From: Candidatus Nanopusillus sp.
GTDB lineage: Archaea; Nanobdellota; Nanobdellia; Nanobdellales; Nanobdellaceae
DNA: 32,000 nt
NCBI GenBank assembly: GCA_049414405.1
Contig: JBMSAQ010000015.1
Coordinates: 92,608-124,607 of the forward strand
Reading direction: 5' to 3'
Shown: one piece after another, positions 13,649 through 22,932 of the stretch
Numbering within the stretch: position 1 is the stretch's first letter
Layout: each line of letters begins with the position of its first letter
Translations under genes and position numbers: made by a program
The notes under the pieces: model-generated
Seen by the model: the letters and a program-made list of their open reading frames with translations, nothing else
What the model was told of the DNA's origin: nothing
Database searches by the model: none

Positions 13649-15649
13649 TTATACGGCTTTATATTTCTTATCTCCAGATTCATATATATATCCTTCCTTC
13701 AATAATTTTTCAATTGTTTCTTTTACCTTTTCTTCTTCTAGATTATATTTTTTAGATTCATTTAATATTTCATTTAATGGAACACCCTCTGGAAAATCTT
13801 TTTGCAAATCCTTTATTATATCTAATATTTTTGATAGTTTTTGTCTTTGTGTAGAAGAAATTCCAGACATTATTATATCTATATCCAATCTATTAGTTTC
13901 TGGATTTATTCCAACCTCCTTTAAACTGTATAACAATATTTCTTTTGCAAGATTTACATCATCTTCAGTAACTATTGGAGATAATCTTATCTTTGCGGAA
14001 GCCTCAGCTATTCTTATTATTGACATTAATTGTCTTGTAGTTATTGGTATCGTACCTTCTCCAGAACTAGATCTTAACTTTATATAGAAATCTTTTACAA
14101 TATCTAAAGCTGTGTTTGTCCATTGTGGCTCGATTTTCTTTGCATATATTATATATTTTCTTAATAAATCTTTATCCAATGGTGGCTTTCTTTCTTCTTT
14201 TAAACCTTTAAGCAATTCATTAACGATTGTTTCATCTTGTTGGGGGTTTGGTTCATCTATAAGAACAAATATTAAATCAAATCTATTAACTATTGTTGGT
14301 GGTAAATCTATTTGATCAACTATATTCTTCATTTTATCCCATCTGCCAAACTTTGGATTTGCAGCTGCCAAAATTGATGTTTCTGTTCTAAGTGTTGCGT
14401 GAATATTTGCCTTATCAATTGTTATTGTTTGTTGTTCCATTGCTTCATGTAAAGATTGTAATTCTTCTGTAGATAATTTATCAAGTTCATCAATACATAC
14501 AAGTCCACCAGATGCTAGAACCAATGCTCCAGCTTCTAAAACCCAACCGCCCTTAAATATTTCATCTCTTCTAACAGAAGCAGTTAAACCCACTGATGAT
14601 GATGTTACTCCAACCACATATTTTGATTTTGGAGCAATTTCAGATACATATCTTAATAATTTTGATTTTCCTACACCAGGATCTCCTAAAATTAATATGT
14701 GAATATTTTTTCTTTCATCAACACTTCTCTTTCTTCTTCCACCAGATACTAGTTGTAATGCGATTGCTTTTTTAATTATTTCATACTGTTTTCCATATAG
14801 ACTGGGAGCAACAGAATTGGCAATCAAACTTAATATATCCGCAGATTTTGATAATTCTCTTATTTTTCTCTCATCTTCTGCAGATATTGATATATCCTCA
14901 ACATCTCTATCCACAGGTTCAATATAAATTGCATCTATATATAGGTCTAATATTGCTTTTAAATTTGAACTTTTTAATTCTTTTACAACCCCGTATACTT
15001 TAACTCTTATTCCAGGCAATGTCTTTCTTTCCATTCTTGGTTCACATAGATCTTCCTTTAATATTACAGTAATTTGGGCTGGTTGTTCACCTTTTTCAAT
15101 TTGATCTGCAGGCTCTTCAATTAGCAATCTTTGTACATCGATTGTTTCATGATCTATTTCAATAAATTTTCCCTTTGTACCTCCACATACAGGACATTTT
15201 TTTGGTTTTTCTATTACAAAATTTTTATTTTCAATCCAAAATTCTCCATCACAATTTTCATGTAAATACTTTGTTTTTATAATAAAGGGTCTTACTTCGG
15301 AAGATATTTTTATTATACCCTCAATTTGTACTAGTTTATCCTTATGTTCAGATCTAATATCTCTTATTCTTATATATCTTAAACTTTCTGGAAGATTCTT
15401 TATTCTTACCTTTACTTTTCTATCCAATCTTTCAGAAAAATATATACTTATTTGTTCTAAAAATTTTTCTGTTTTATTTAATAGAAGATCTAATTGTTTA
15501 TTATTTAAATATGATTTTATTTTTTCATAATCCAATATTACAGATCTTTCTTCTTCTCTAATAAATTTTTCAATTTCTTCTTTTGAAACATCAAAAATTT
15601 GTCCGAGAAATCCAGCACCCAAAATTTCAACTTCCTTTACCTTATCCAT
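13649..15649 (-). CDS. mcm: Replicative helicase MCM
   Basis: Zn motif HENC...CPVCGG, Walker A ILILGDPGVGKSKLL, Walker B VCIDELDK, arginine-finger region SRFDLIF-like (NRFDLIFVL), C-terminal wH. Confidence 0.95.
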   Translation of the reverse strand: MDKVKEVEILGAGFLGQIFDVSKEEIEKFIREEERSVILDYEKIKSYLNNKQLDLLLNKTEKFLEQISIYFSERLDRKVKVRIKNLPESLRYIRIRDIRSEHKDKLVQIEGIIKISSEVRPFIIKTKYLHENCDGEFWIENKNFVIEKPKKCPVCGGTKGKFIEIDHETIDVQRLLIEEPADQIEKGEQPAQITVILKEDLCEPRMERKTLPGIRVKVYGVVKELKSSNLKAILDLYIDAIYIEPVDRDVEDISISAEDERKIRELSKSADILSLIANSVAPSLYGKQYEIIKKAIALQLVSGGRRKRSVDERKNIHILILGDPGVGKSKLLRYVSEIAPKSKYVVGVTSSSVGLTASVRRDEIFKGGWVLEAGALVLASGGLVCIDELDKLSTEELQSLHEAMEQQTITIDKANIHATLRTETSILAAANPKFGRWDKMKNIVDQIDLPPTIVNRFDLIFVLIDEPNPQQDETIVNELLKGLKEERKPPLDKDLLRKYIIYAKKIEPQWTNTALDIVKDFYIKLRSSSGEGTIPITTRQLMSIIRIAEASAKIRLSPIVTEDDVNLAKEILLYSLKEVGINPETNRLDIDIIMSGISSTQRQKLSKILDIIKDLQKDFPEGVPLNEILNESKKYNLEEEKVKETIEKLLKEGYIYESGDKKYKAV

Positions 15650-15686
15650 ATATCTTAATATTACAAAAAATACATATAAGGAAAAA

Positions 15687-15698
15687 TATAAAAATTAA
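15687..15698 (+). promoter_or_regulatory. TATA-like box upstream of tRNA-Ile
   Basis: TATAAAAATTAA is centred ~27-29 nt upstream of tRNA position +1 (15720). This is compatible with transcription starting at or very near the mature 5' end. Confidence 0.4.
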
Positions 15699-15719
15699 TC
15701 AAATGAAAAATATGTATAA

Positions 15720-15809
15720 GGGCCCGTAGCTCAGAGGTGGAGCGCCGGCCTTATAAGGCTACGCTCCTGAGAAAGCCGGAGGTCAGGGGTTCGAGTCCCC
15801 TCGGGCCCA
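15720..15809 (+). tRNA. tRNA-Ile (anticodon UAU) with an 18-nt intron at the canonical 37/38 position
   Basis: GGGCCCG TA GCTC AGAGGTG GAGC G CCGGC CTTATA[AGGCTACGCTCCTGAGAA]A GCCGG AGGTC AGGGG TTCGAGT CCCCT CGGGCCC A. The spliced form is 72 nt with a canonical 7-nt anticodon loop CUUAUAA. Confidence 0.85.
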
Positions 15810-15813
15810 AAAA

Positions 15814-15818
15814 TTTTT
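15814..15818 (+). terminator. Oligo-T tract (T5) 5 nt after the tRNA-Ile 3' end
   Basis: cccaaaaaTTTTTat. Archaeal RNA polymerase terminates at oligo-T tracts. Confidence 0.4.
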
Positions 15819-15854
15819 ATAAAGAATTATCTAAATTAAAATAAAACTAAAAAA

Positions 15855-17186
15855 TTATTTTATTTGTATCTGTTTTTCTTTTACACTTAATACCTGCCCA
15901 ATTCCAATTGTTTTATTCATATCTCTAATTGCAAATCTTCCCAATGATGTGTTTGGGAAATCTTCAAATCTTTCTACTACTAATGGTTTTGTTGGTACAA
16001 ACTTTATAATCGCTGCATCTCCTGTCTTTAAGAATTGTGGGTTCTTTTCAACTTCCTGTCCGGTTCTTGGATCTATCTTTGATTGTATTTCTACAATTTT
16101 ACATGCTACTGCTGCAGTATGTATATGTATTACTGGTGTATATCCTACTGCAATTGCGGATGGGTGATGTAATACATAAATTCTTGCCGTAAATTCTTCT
16201 GCTACCTTTGGTAATGGTTCTCCTAATTTTCCACATACATCCCCTCTTAATATATCACCACTTTCAGGTCCTTTAACATTAAATCCAATATTATCTCCTG
16301 GTAATGCTTCATCCAATTTTTCATGATGCATTTCTATAGATTTTACTTCACCCACAACACCATTTGGTTTCTTTGATGGTAAAAATATTACCCTATCACC
16401 TGGTTTTAATCTTCCAGATTCTACCTTTCCAGTTGGTACAAGTCCCACACCTTTAATGTTGTATACATCACCAATTGGTATTCTTAATGGTTTATCTATC
16501 AATCTTGGAGGTTCATCTAAAATATCAAATGCCTCATATATTGTTGGTCCAGTATACCATGGCATTTTCTGTGATCTTTGTATTACATTTTCGTCTGAAA
16601 AGAATGCTGCAATCGGAACAATTGCCTTTATTTGTTTTTCTGTATAACCAATCTGTTTTGCCAATGTTAATACCATGTTCTTTACCTGTTCATATCTCTT
16701 CTGATCATAATTTACAGCATCCATTTTTGACACTGCAATAATAATTTGTGGAATTCCCAACGTTCTTAATAGTAATAAATGTTCTCTTCCCTGTCCTTCT
16801 GGACCTAATGATGTTTCTGCTTCACCCGATGCTGCAGAAACTACCAATATTGCTGCATCAGATTGTGCAGTACCGCTAATCATATTCTTTATAAAGTCTC
16901 TATGACCTGGAGCATCTAATATTGTTAACACATATTTCTTTGCAGGTATTTTAATTGCGGCCACATCAATTGTTACTCCTCTTTTTCTTTCTTCTATTGA
17001 TTTATCCAATAAGAATGCTAAGTATTCCGATTCTTTTCCAAATTCCTTTGCTATATTCCTTAATTCTTCCAATACTTTTGGATCTATTAAATTCAAAGAT
17101 ACCATTAGCCTTCCTACTAATGTTGATTTTCCATTGTCTACATGCCCCACTACTACCAAATTAATATGTGGCTTCTCTCTTGCCAT
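15855..17186 (-). CDS. tuf: Translation elongation factor 1-alpha (aEF-1A)
   Basis: G1 GHVDNGKST, G3 DAPGHRDF, G4 SKMD, and full-length collinearity with EF-1alpha/EF-Tu. Confidence 0.97.
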   Translation of the reverse strand: MAREKPHINLVVVGHVDNGKSTLVGRLMVSLNLIDPKVLEELRNIAKEFGKESEYLAFLLDKSIEERKRGVTIDVAAIKIPAKKYVLTILDAPGHRDFIKNMISGTAQSDAAILVVSAASGEAETSLGPEGQGREHLLLLRTLGIPQIIIAVSKMDAVNYDQKRYEQVKNMVLTLAKQIGYTEKQIKAIVPIAAFFSDENVIQRSQKMPWYTGPTIYEAFDILDEPPRLIDKPLRIPIGDVYNIKGVGLVPTGKVESGRLKPGDRVIFLPSKKPNGVVGEVKSIEMHHEKLDEALPGDNIGFNVKGPESGDILRGDVCGKLGEPLPKVAEEFTARIYVLHHPSAIAVGYTPVIHIHTAAVACKIVEIQSKIDPRTGQEVEKNPQFLKTGDAAIIKFVPTKPLVVERFEDFPNTSLGRFAIRDMNKTIGIGQVLSVKEKQIQIK

Positions 17187-17221
17187 TTAAGATTATATTT
17201 ATAAAAAAATTTATATGTAAT

Positions 17222-18139
17222 TTAGCTAGATACTAAAGGTTGCAATATACTATTAAATAAATTATATGGCAGAGCCCCTGAAAATATAAACATTATATAT
17301 TTATAATCCTCTGTTGTATATACTGAAGGGCTTAATCCATATTGTCTTAATTGATTTAGTACATTATTAACCTGTTGAATTGCTTGGAATGTAATTGATG
17401 ATGTCTTTACAACTACCATAAATGTTGGAGTTCCCCCAATTCCGTATGTGTCCCTATAATATTTTAATTCACTATCTATTTGATTATAGTATTTTGAACT
17501 ATTTACACAGGATTCGATTCTATTAACATCCAATCCTAAAGATTGTGCCTTTTTATTAAATTCTCTATATACATCTTGTTGACTTGGTAAAATACTCCAA
17601 GACACACCTTGCATTTGATTATGCCAAGCCCAGTTTGCAAGTTTATCCCACGTTTCAAATCCATATAATTTGTATACGCATGTTAAATATTGTGCTGTTA
17701 GATTCGCGTATGGGTGTATCTGATATAGTGGAAAATTGACAAACACCCATGCTATTTTTCCATTATCTATGTAATTTTGTCTAATTTGTGGAAATGTTTG
17801 TAAGTGAAATAGATTACAATATGGACATTGAAAATCAGAAAATTCATATACAATAACATTTACATTATTTGGATTTCCATATACTGGATCTATATCAGAA
17901 ATACTTGGCAATGGTGCCTGTGGTAATGTTTGTAAATAAGCTTGTAATTGATTTGAAGGTCCAACAGATGATCCATATATTTTTATATTTGATATTGAAT
18001 TGGCTATAATGTAAGATCCTATAACTACTGAAATTGCTAACACTATAAATCCAATTATTATTGATTTTTCTACTGTAATATTAAACTTCCGTTCTTTCTT
18101 TTCATTATTTTCTTTATTTTTTTCTTTTTCTATTTCCAT
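17222..18139 (-). CDS. Membrane-anchored DsbA-like thiol:disulfide oxidoreductase (thioredoxin fold, CPYC)
   Basis: N-terminal TM anchor IIIGFIVLAISVVIGSYII. VIVYEFSDFQCPYCNLFH active site and the downstream ...GIGGTPTFMVV cis-Pro loop, typical of the DsbA/Thioredoxin_4 family. Confidence 0.8.
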   Translation of the reverse strand: MEIEKEKNKENNEKKERKFNITVEKSIIIGFIVLAISVVIGSYIIANSISNIKIYGSSVGPSNQLQAYLQTLPQAPLPSISDIDPVYGNPNNVNVIVYEFSDFQCPYCNLFHLQTFPQIRQNYIDNGKIAWVFVNFPLYQIHPYANLTAQYLTCVYKLYGFETWDKLANWAWHNQMQGVSWSILPSQQDVYREFNKKAQSLGLDVNRIESCVNSSKYYNQIDSELKYYRDTYGIGGTPTFMVVVKTSSITFQAIQQVNNVLNQLRQYGLSPSVYTTEDYKYIMFIFSGALPYNLFNSILQPLVSS

Positions 18140-18178
18140 TTATAATATCTTAATATGAAAGATTTATATTTGTTTAAA

Positions 18179-18322
18179 TTACTTACTTTCAAGTAAATAA
18201 AATACCCCCATTATAAACGGTATTATTGCTAAGATTTTTGAATACGTCAACAAGTAAGTTAAGACTCCCAAAAAAATTATTATTCCAAATATTATCACAT
18301 CTGTTCTATTTATTTTTATCAT
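18179..18322 (-). CDS. Possible 47-aa two-TM membrane microprotein (unlisted)
   Basis: Hand translation: MIKINRTDVIIFGIIIFLGVLTYLLTYSKILAIIPFIMGVFYLLESK, then TAA. A TATA-like TATATAAAA lies ~20-30 nt upstream. It is short, so chance cannot be excluded. Confidence 0.3.
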   Translation of the reverse strand: MIKINRTDVIIFGIIIFLGVLTYLLTYSKILAIIPFIMGVFYLLESK

Positions 18323-18394
18323 GAATATTGTTTTATAGAAACATTTTATATACCTTATATTAAATATATAAAATTATGGTAGAATATCGGATCT

Positions 18395-21300
18395 ATGAAC
18401 ATAAATTGGAATAGAAATATAGAAGAAGAGATAAAAAAATTCTGGAAAGAAAATTATATATATGAAAAATGGATTTTAAAGAGTGAGAAAAATAAAAAAT
18501 ACATATTTTTAGAAGGTCCACCATATACAACCGGTTCTCCACATATAGGACATGCATATAATAGAACAATTAAGGATATTGTATTGAGATATTACCAAAA
18601 GAAAGGATTTAATGTATGGAATCAAGCTGGTTTTGATATGCATGGGTTGCCAATTGAAGTAAAAGTTGAAGAAAAATTAAAGATTAGAGATAAAAGAGAG
18701 ATAGAAAAAATTGGTGTTGATAAATTTATTAGAGAGTGTTTTAACTTTGCATACGGATCAATGAAAGAATTTACAAAATTTTACGAAGATATGGCACATT
18801 GGCAAGATATAGATAATCCATATTTACCAATTAAGAATGAGTTTATTGAAAAAGTATGGGAAGCTTTAGCAAAAGGTTATGAAAATAAATTAATATATAA
18901 AGAAAAGAAGCCCGTTTGGTGGTGTCCTCATTGTCAAACATCATTATCAAAACAAGAAATAGATTTGGGATATGAAGATCCTTTATATAAAAAAGAGATT
19001 TCAAACTCAATCTATGTAAAATTTAAGTCAAAAGATATGGAAAATACATATTATATAATTTGGACAACAACCCCATGGACTTTATTGTACAATTTGGGTA
19101 TTATGGTACATCCAGAATTAAAATATGTAAAAGTAAAAGTTCCAAGGATATGTGTTGAAGAATTTGAAATAGATTATGATAATCATAAAATTATAAAAAC
19201 GAATATTAAGAGAGAAAATGGTTATGAATATTGGATTGTTGCGAAAGATGCATTAGAAAAAATAATGAGTAAATTAAATATTGAATATGAAATAGTAGAT
19301 GAATTTAATGGAAGAGATTTAGAATTTAAAGAATATGAATCCCTGTTCTATGATGAATTAAAAGATTATATAGAAAAGTTTAAATCAGAAAGTAGTGGGA
19401 TATTTAGGATTTGGTTATCTAAAGAATATGTAAATACTCAAGAAGGTACTGGTTTGGTCCATTCAGCTCCAGGCTGTGGTTTTGAGGATTATGAGGTTGC
19501 TAAAAAATATAATGTTCCACCATTCAATACAACTGATGAAACAGGAACTATTTTTAATATAAAATATTTTGAAGGATTGGTTGCAAAAAAAGATGATTAT
19601 AAATTTATATTAGAAGTATTAAAGAAGAAAGCTCTGATATACTTTGAATGGTATGAACACGATTATCCAATATGTTGGAGATGTAGAAGTAGAGTGATTG
19701 TTAGATCTCCAGAACAAATATTCATTAATATATCTTTAATAAAACCAAAAGCATTGTTGGATATTGAAAATGTTAATTTTGTACCTGAAGCAGCAAAAAA
19801 GGCATTTATAAATATTGTAAAATCCGCACCAGATTGGGTAATATCTAGACAGAGATATTGGGGAATTCCAATACCGATGTGGGTTGATAAAAATGGACAT
19901 ATAAAATTTATTAGAAATGTTGAAGAATTAGAAAAATTAACTGGACATAAATTTAAGGAAATAATAATAGTAATAAAGTTTACAGATTATACTGAAAAAC
20001 TATTGTCAAGATATTTTAAAGAAAATAAAATATATTATGAGGATGAAATAAATGATATAAATAAACTCTACGAGATATTCAATAAATATGAAAACAAATC
20101 TATAGTAATTGTAAATAAATTTAAAGAAGATATATTAAACCAAATAAATGATCTATATTATGTAAGAACACATGGATCAAGAGATTATGAAATAATATAT
20201 TTATATAACTACAATTTACATAGACCATATGTAGATAAATTTACATTCAAATGTGAAATGTGTGGAGAAGAAATGAAAAGAATTCCAGATATATTAGATG
20301 TATGGGTTGATTCTGGTTCAGCAACAGTTGCAACAGACATATATCCTGTAGATTTCATAACAGAAAATTATGACCAAATTAAAGGATGGTTTTACTCTTT
20401 AGCAATGATTGGAGAATTATATTATAATGATATACCATATAAAAATGTATATGTTGGTGGATATGTTTTAGATGCATATGGAAGAAAAATGTCAAAATCC
20501 TTAGGAAATGTTGTCTCTCCATATGACATAATCAACAAGTATGGAGCAGACACTATGAGATTATATTTAGGATCTATTGTAGAAGCTTATGAAGACATAA
20601 AATTAAAATGGGAAGATATAAAAGTAAAATATCAGGTATTAAATATATTATTAAACATTTCAACATATTTAGAAGAATATTCTAAATATTACAATATAAA
20701 TCCTGCAAAAATAAATGTAGAAAATTTAAGATGGGAAGATAAATATATGTTACATTTCATAGAAAAAAGAAAAAAAGAAATATACGATGCGTTAGATAAC
20801 TATCTAATATGGAAAGCTGGAAGAATATTACAAGATATGATATTAGAATTATCAAGATTTTATATAAAAGCAACAAGAGAAAGAATAAAGAGAGAACCCG
20901 ATAAAGTATTATTTGTAATATATAAATCTCTATATAATATAATAAATATAGGATCTGTTATAGTTCCATTTATTTCTGAATATATTTATCAAAAATTGAG
21001 AAATTTATATAAATTAGAAGGCGAATCAATAATTTTAGAAGACTTACCAAAAGTTGAAGAACAATATATGGATAAAAAAATAGAAAAAGAATGTGAGTTA
21101 TTTAATATAATTGTTGAAAATGCATTAAAACTAAGAAATATGATAAACATAAATATAAGAAGGCCATTGAAAACATTATATTTATATAAAGATGATGGGA
21201 GTGTTTTATTTGAAATCTTAAATAATAATGATATTGTAGAATTATTAAAAGATTACCTGAATGTAAAAGAAATAAAGATTGATAATGTAGAAAAGGATTA

Positions 21301-21622
21301 TGTAACTGCACAAACCGATTATGGAATTATAAAAATAGGGTTTGATACCAAATATTATCCAGAATTGGAAGAAGAATGGTTATATAGGGAAATAAAAAGA
21401 AGATTACAAGATATAAGAAAAGAAAACAAATTAAGAAAAGGTCAAAGGGCAAATATAGAAATATACGCTGATGAAAAGCTGTTAAATATAATAAAAAAAT
21501 ATAAAGATATCTTAGAAAAGGATACGGATACCATAATAATGATAAAGGACTCAAAAGATGATTTAAACAATGTAGAAAGGATATATGAAATGAGCATATT
21601 TTATAGGCTAAATATTTTATAA
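18395..21622 (+). CDS. ileS: Isoleucyl-tRNA synthetase
   Basis: PPYTTGSPHIGHAYN (HIGH), GFDMHGLPIE, editing-domain motifs WTTTPWTL and GTGLVHSAPGCGFEDY, KMSKS (GRKMSKSLGN). Confidence 0.9.
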   Translation: MNINWNRNIEEEIKKFWKENYIYEKWILKSEKNKKYIFLEGPPYTTGSPHIGHAYNRTIKDIVLRYYQKKGFNVWNQAGFDMHGLPIEVKVEEKLKIRDKREIEKIGVDKFIRECFNFAYGSMKEFTKFYEDMAHWQDIDNPYLPIKNEFIEKVWEALAKGYENKLIYKEKKPVWWCPHCQTSLSKQEIDLGYEDPLYKKEISNSIYVKFKSKDMENTYYIIWTTTPWTLLYNLGIMVHPELKYVKVKVPRICVEEFEIDYDNHKIIKTNIKRENGYEYWIVAKDALEKIMSKLNIEYEIVDEFNGRDLEFKEYESLFYDELKDYIEKFKSESSGIFRIWLSKEYVNTQEGTGLVHSAPGCGFEDYEVAKKYNVPPFNTTDETGTIFNIKYFEGLVAKKDDYKFILEVLKKKALIYFEWYEHDYPICWRCRSRVIVRSPEQIFINISLIKPKALLDIENVNFVPEAAKKAFINIVKSAPDWVISRQRYWGIPIPMWVDKNGHIKFIRNVEELEKLTGHKFKEIIIVIKFTDYTEKLLSRYFKENKIYYEDEINDINKLYEIFNKYENKSIVIVNKFKEDILNQINDLYYVRTHGSRDYEIIYLYNYNLHRPYVDKFTFKCEMCGEEMKRIPDILDVWVDSGSATVATDIYPVDFITENYDQIKGWFYSLAMIGELYYNDIPYKNVYVGGYVLDAYGRKMSKSLGNVVSPYDIINKYGADTMRLYLGSIVEAYEDIKLKWEDIKVKYQVLNILLNISTYLEEYSKYYNINPAKINVENLRWEDKYMLHFIEKRKKEIYDALDNYLIWKAGRILQDMILELSRFYIKATRERIKREPDKVLFVIYKSLYNIINIGSVIVPFISEYIYQKLRNLYKLEGESIILEDLPKVEEQYMDKKIEKECELFNIIVENALKLRNMININIRRPLKTLYLYKDDGSVLFEILNNNDIVELLKDYLNVKEIKIDNVEKDYVTAQTDYGIIKIGFDTKYYPELEEEWLYREIKRRLQDIRKENKLRKGQRANIEIYADEKLLNIIKKYKDILEKDTDTIIMIKDSKDDLNNVERIYEMSIFYRLNIL

Positions 21623-21644
21623 GTTTTTATTAAATTTATTAAAA

Positions 21645-22238
21645 ATGGTTACATGGGAGATCTCGAACGCTGTTGTTACAATATATTTTAATGTAAGGTT
21701 ACCATTAGATAAAATTGCAAATCTAATTCCTTATGCTCAATATGATCCAGAAACCTTTCCTGGATTAATTATACCATTAAAGGGAAGTGGGGGTAAAGAA
21801 GAAAATATTAAAGCATTAGTATTTAATAGTGGAACGATAAATATATCTGGAATAAAAAAATTGGAAGATATAGAATATGTGGCAAAAAAATTGAGAGAAT
21901 TATTTAAACAAATTGATATAGAACTTCCAAAAGATTATAAAATAAAGGTACAAAACATTGTTGTAAATGGAAAATTCGATTATGATAATATAGACATAAT
22001 AAGATTGGCAGATGAAGTACCAGATTCTCAATACAATCCAGAAGCCTTTCCAGCTGTTACTGTTGTATTCGATATATCTGAAAATTATAGAATAAAATTT
22101 AATGTATTCAAAAATGGAAAATTTGTATGTCCTGGATTAAAAGGAGAATTTAATAGTTTTGATGAAATTAAACGACATGTAGATTATGTATTAAATTCGT
22201 TCCAAGAAAAAGTAATAAAAAAATATGCGAAAAAATAG
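21645..22238 (+). CDS. tbp: TATA-box binding protein
   Basis: Two internal repeats: ISNAVVT...YDPETFPGLIIPL...LVFNSGTINISG and VQNIVVNGKF...YNPEAFPAVTVVF...NVFKNGKFVCPG. Confidence 0.8.
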   Translation: MVTWEISNAVVTIYFNVRLPLDKIANLIPYAQYDPETFPGLIIPLKGSGGKEENIKALVFNSGTINISGIKKLEDIEYVAKKLRELFKQIDIELPKDYKIKVQNIVVNGKFDYDNIDIIRLADEVPDSQYNPEAFPAVTVVFDISENYRIKFNVFKNGKFVCPGLKGEFNSFDEIKRHVDYVLNSFQEKVIKKYAKK

Positions 22239-22269
22239 CTTATAAATATATTTTATCATACATAAAACT

Positions 22270-22887
22270 ATGACAGAATCATCAGGAACAACAATTGTTG
22301 CAATAAAATTTAAGGATGGGGTATTAATTGCATCGGATAAACAATCATCGGCAGGAATAATGGTACATCATAAAAAAGTACAAAAATTACATCAAATTAC
22401 TGATAATATATTAATGGGGGCTGCTGGTTTGGTTGGTGATATTCAAGCTTTAGTAAAGATATTACAGGCAACCTTAAAATTAAAATATTTGAGATCAAAA
22501 AACGAACCAACTGCGGAAGAAGCTGCAAATTTTCTAGCAACATTAATGAACTATTATAAATGGTTCCCGTTCTTTTCGGAAGTAATAATTGTTGGAAAAG
22601 ATAACGACGATTATCATATATATTTTATAGATGAGGCTGGAGGATTAGAAAAATTTGATAATTTTACATCTACGGGTTCTGGAATGATGTTTGCTTTGGG
22701 TGTATTAGAAGCAGAATATAAAGAGAACATGAGTGAAGAAGAAGCAAAAGAATTAGCAAAAAAAGCAGTATTGTCCGCTATAAAAAGAGATTTAGGATCT
22801 GGACATGGCATTGAAATTTGGACATTAACAAAAGAAGGATTAAAGAAAGAGCTTTATGAGGTAAAAGAAGAATTACAGAAAAAATAA
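22270..22887 (+). CDS. psmB: Proteasome subunit beta
   Basis: Short propeptide, then the catalytic Thr in context G-TTIVAIKFKDGVLIASDKQ. Ntn-hydrolase fold pattern; GSG motif (TSTGSGMMFA). Confidence 0.9.
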   Translation: MTESSGTTIVAIKFKDGVLIASDKQSSAGIMVHHKKVQKLHQITDNILMGAAGLVGDIQALVKILQATLKLKYLRSKNEPTAEEAANFLATLMNYYKWFPFFSEVIIVGKDNDDYHIYFIDEAGGLEKFDNFTSTGSGMMFALGVLEAEYKENMSEEEAKELAKKAVLSAIKRDLGSGHGIEIWTLTKEGLKKELYEVKEELQKK

Positions 22888-22932
22888 TTTTTTAAATTTT
22901 ATAATTAATCATAAAGGGTATTTACGCTATTT

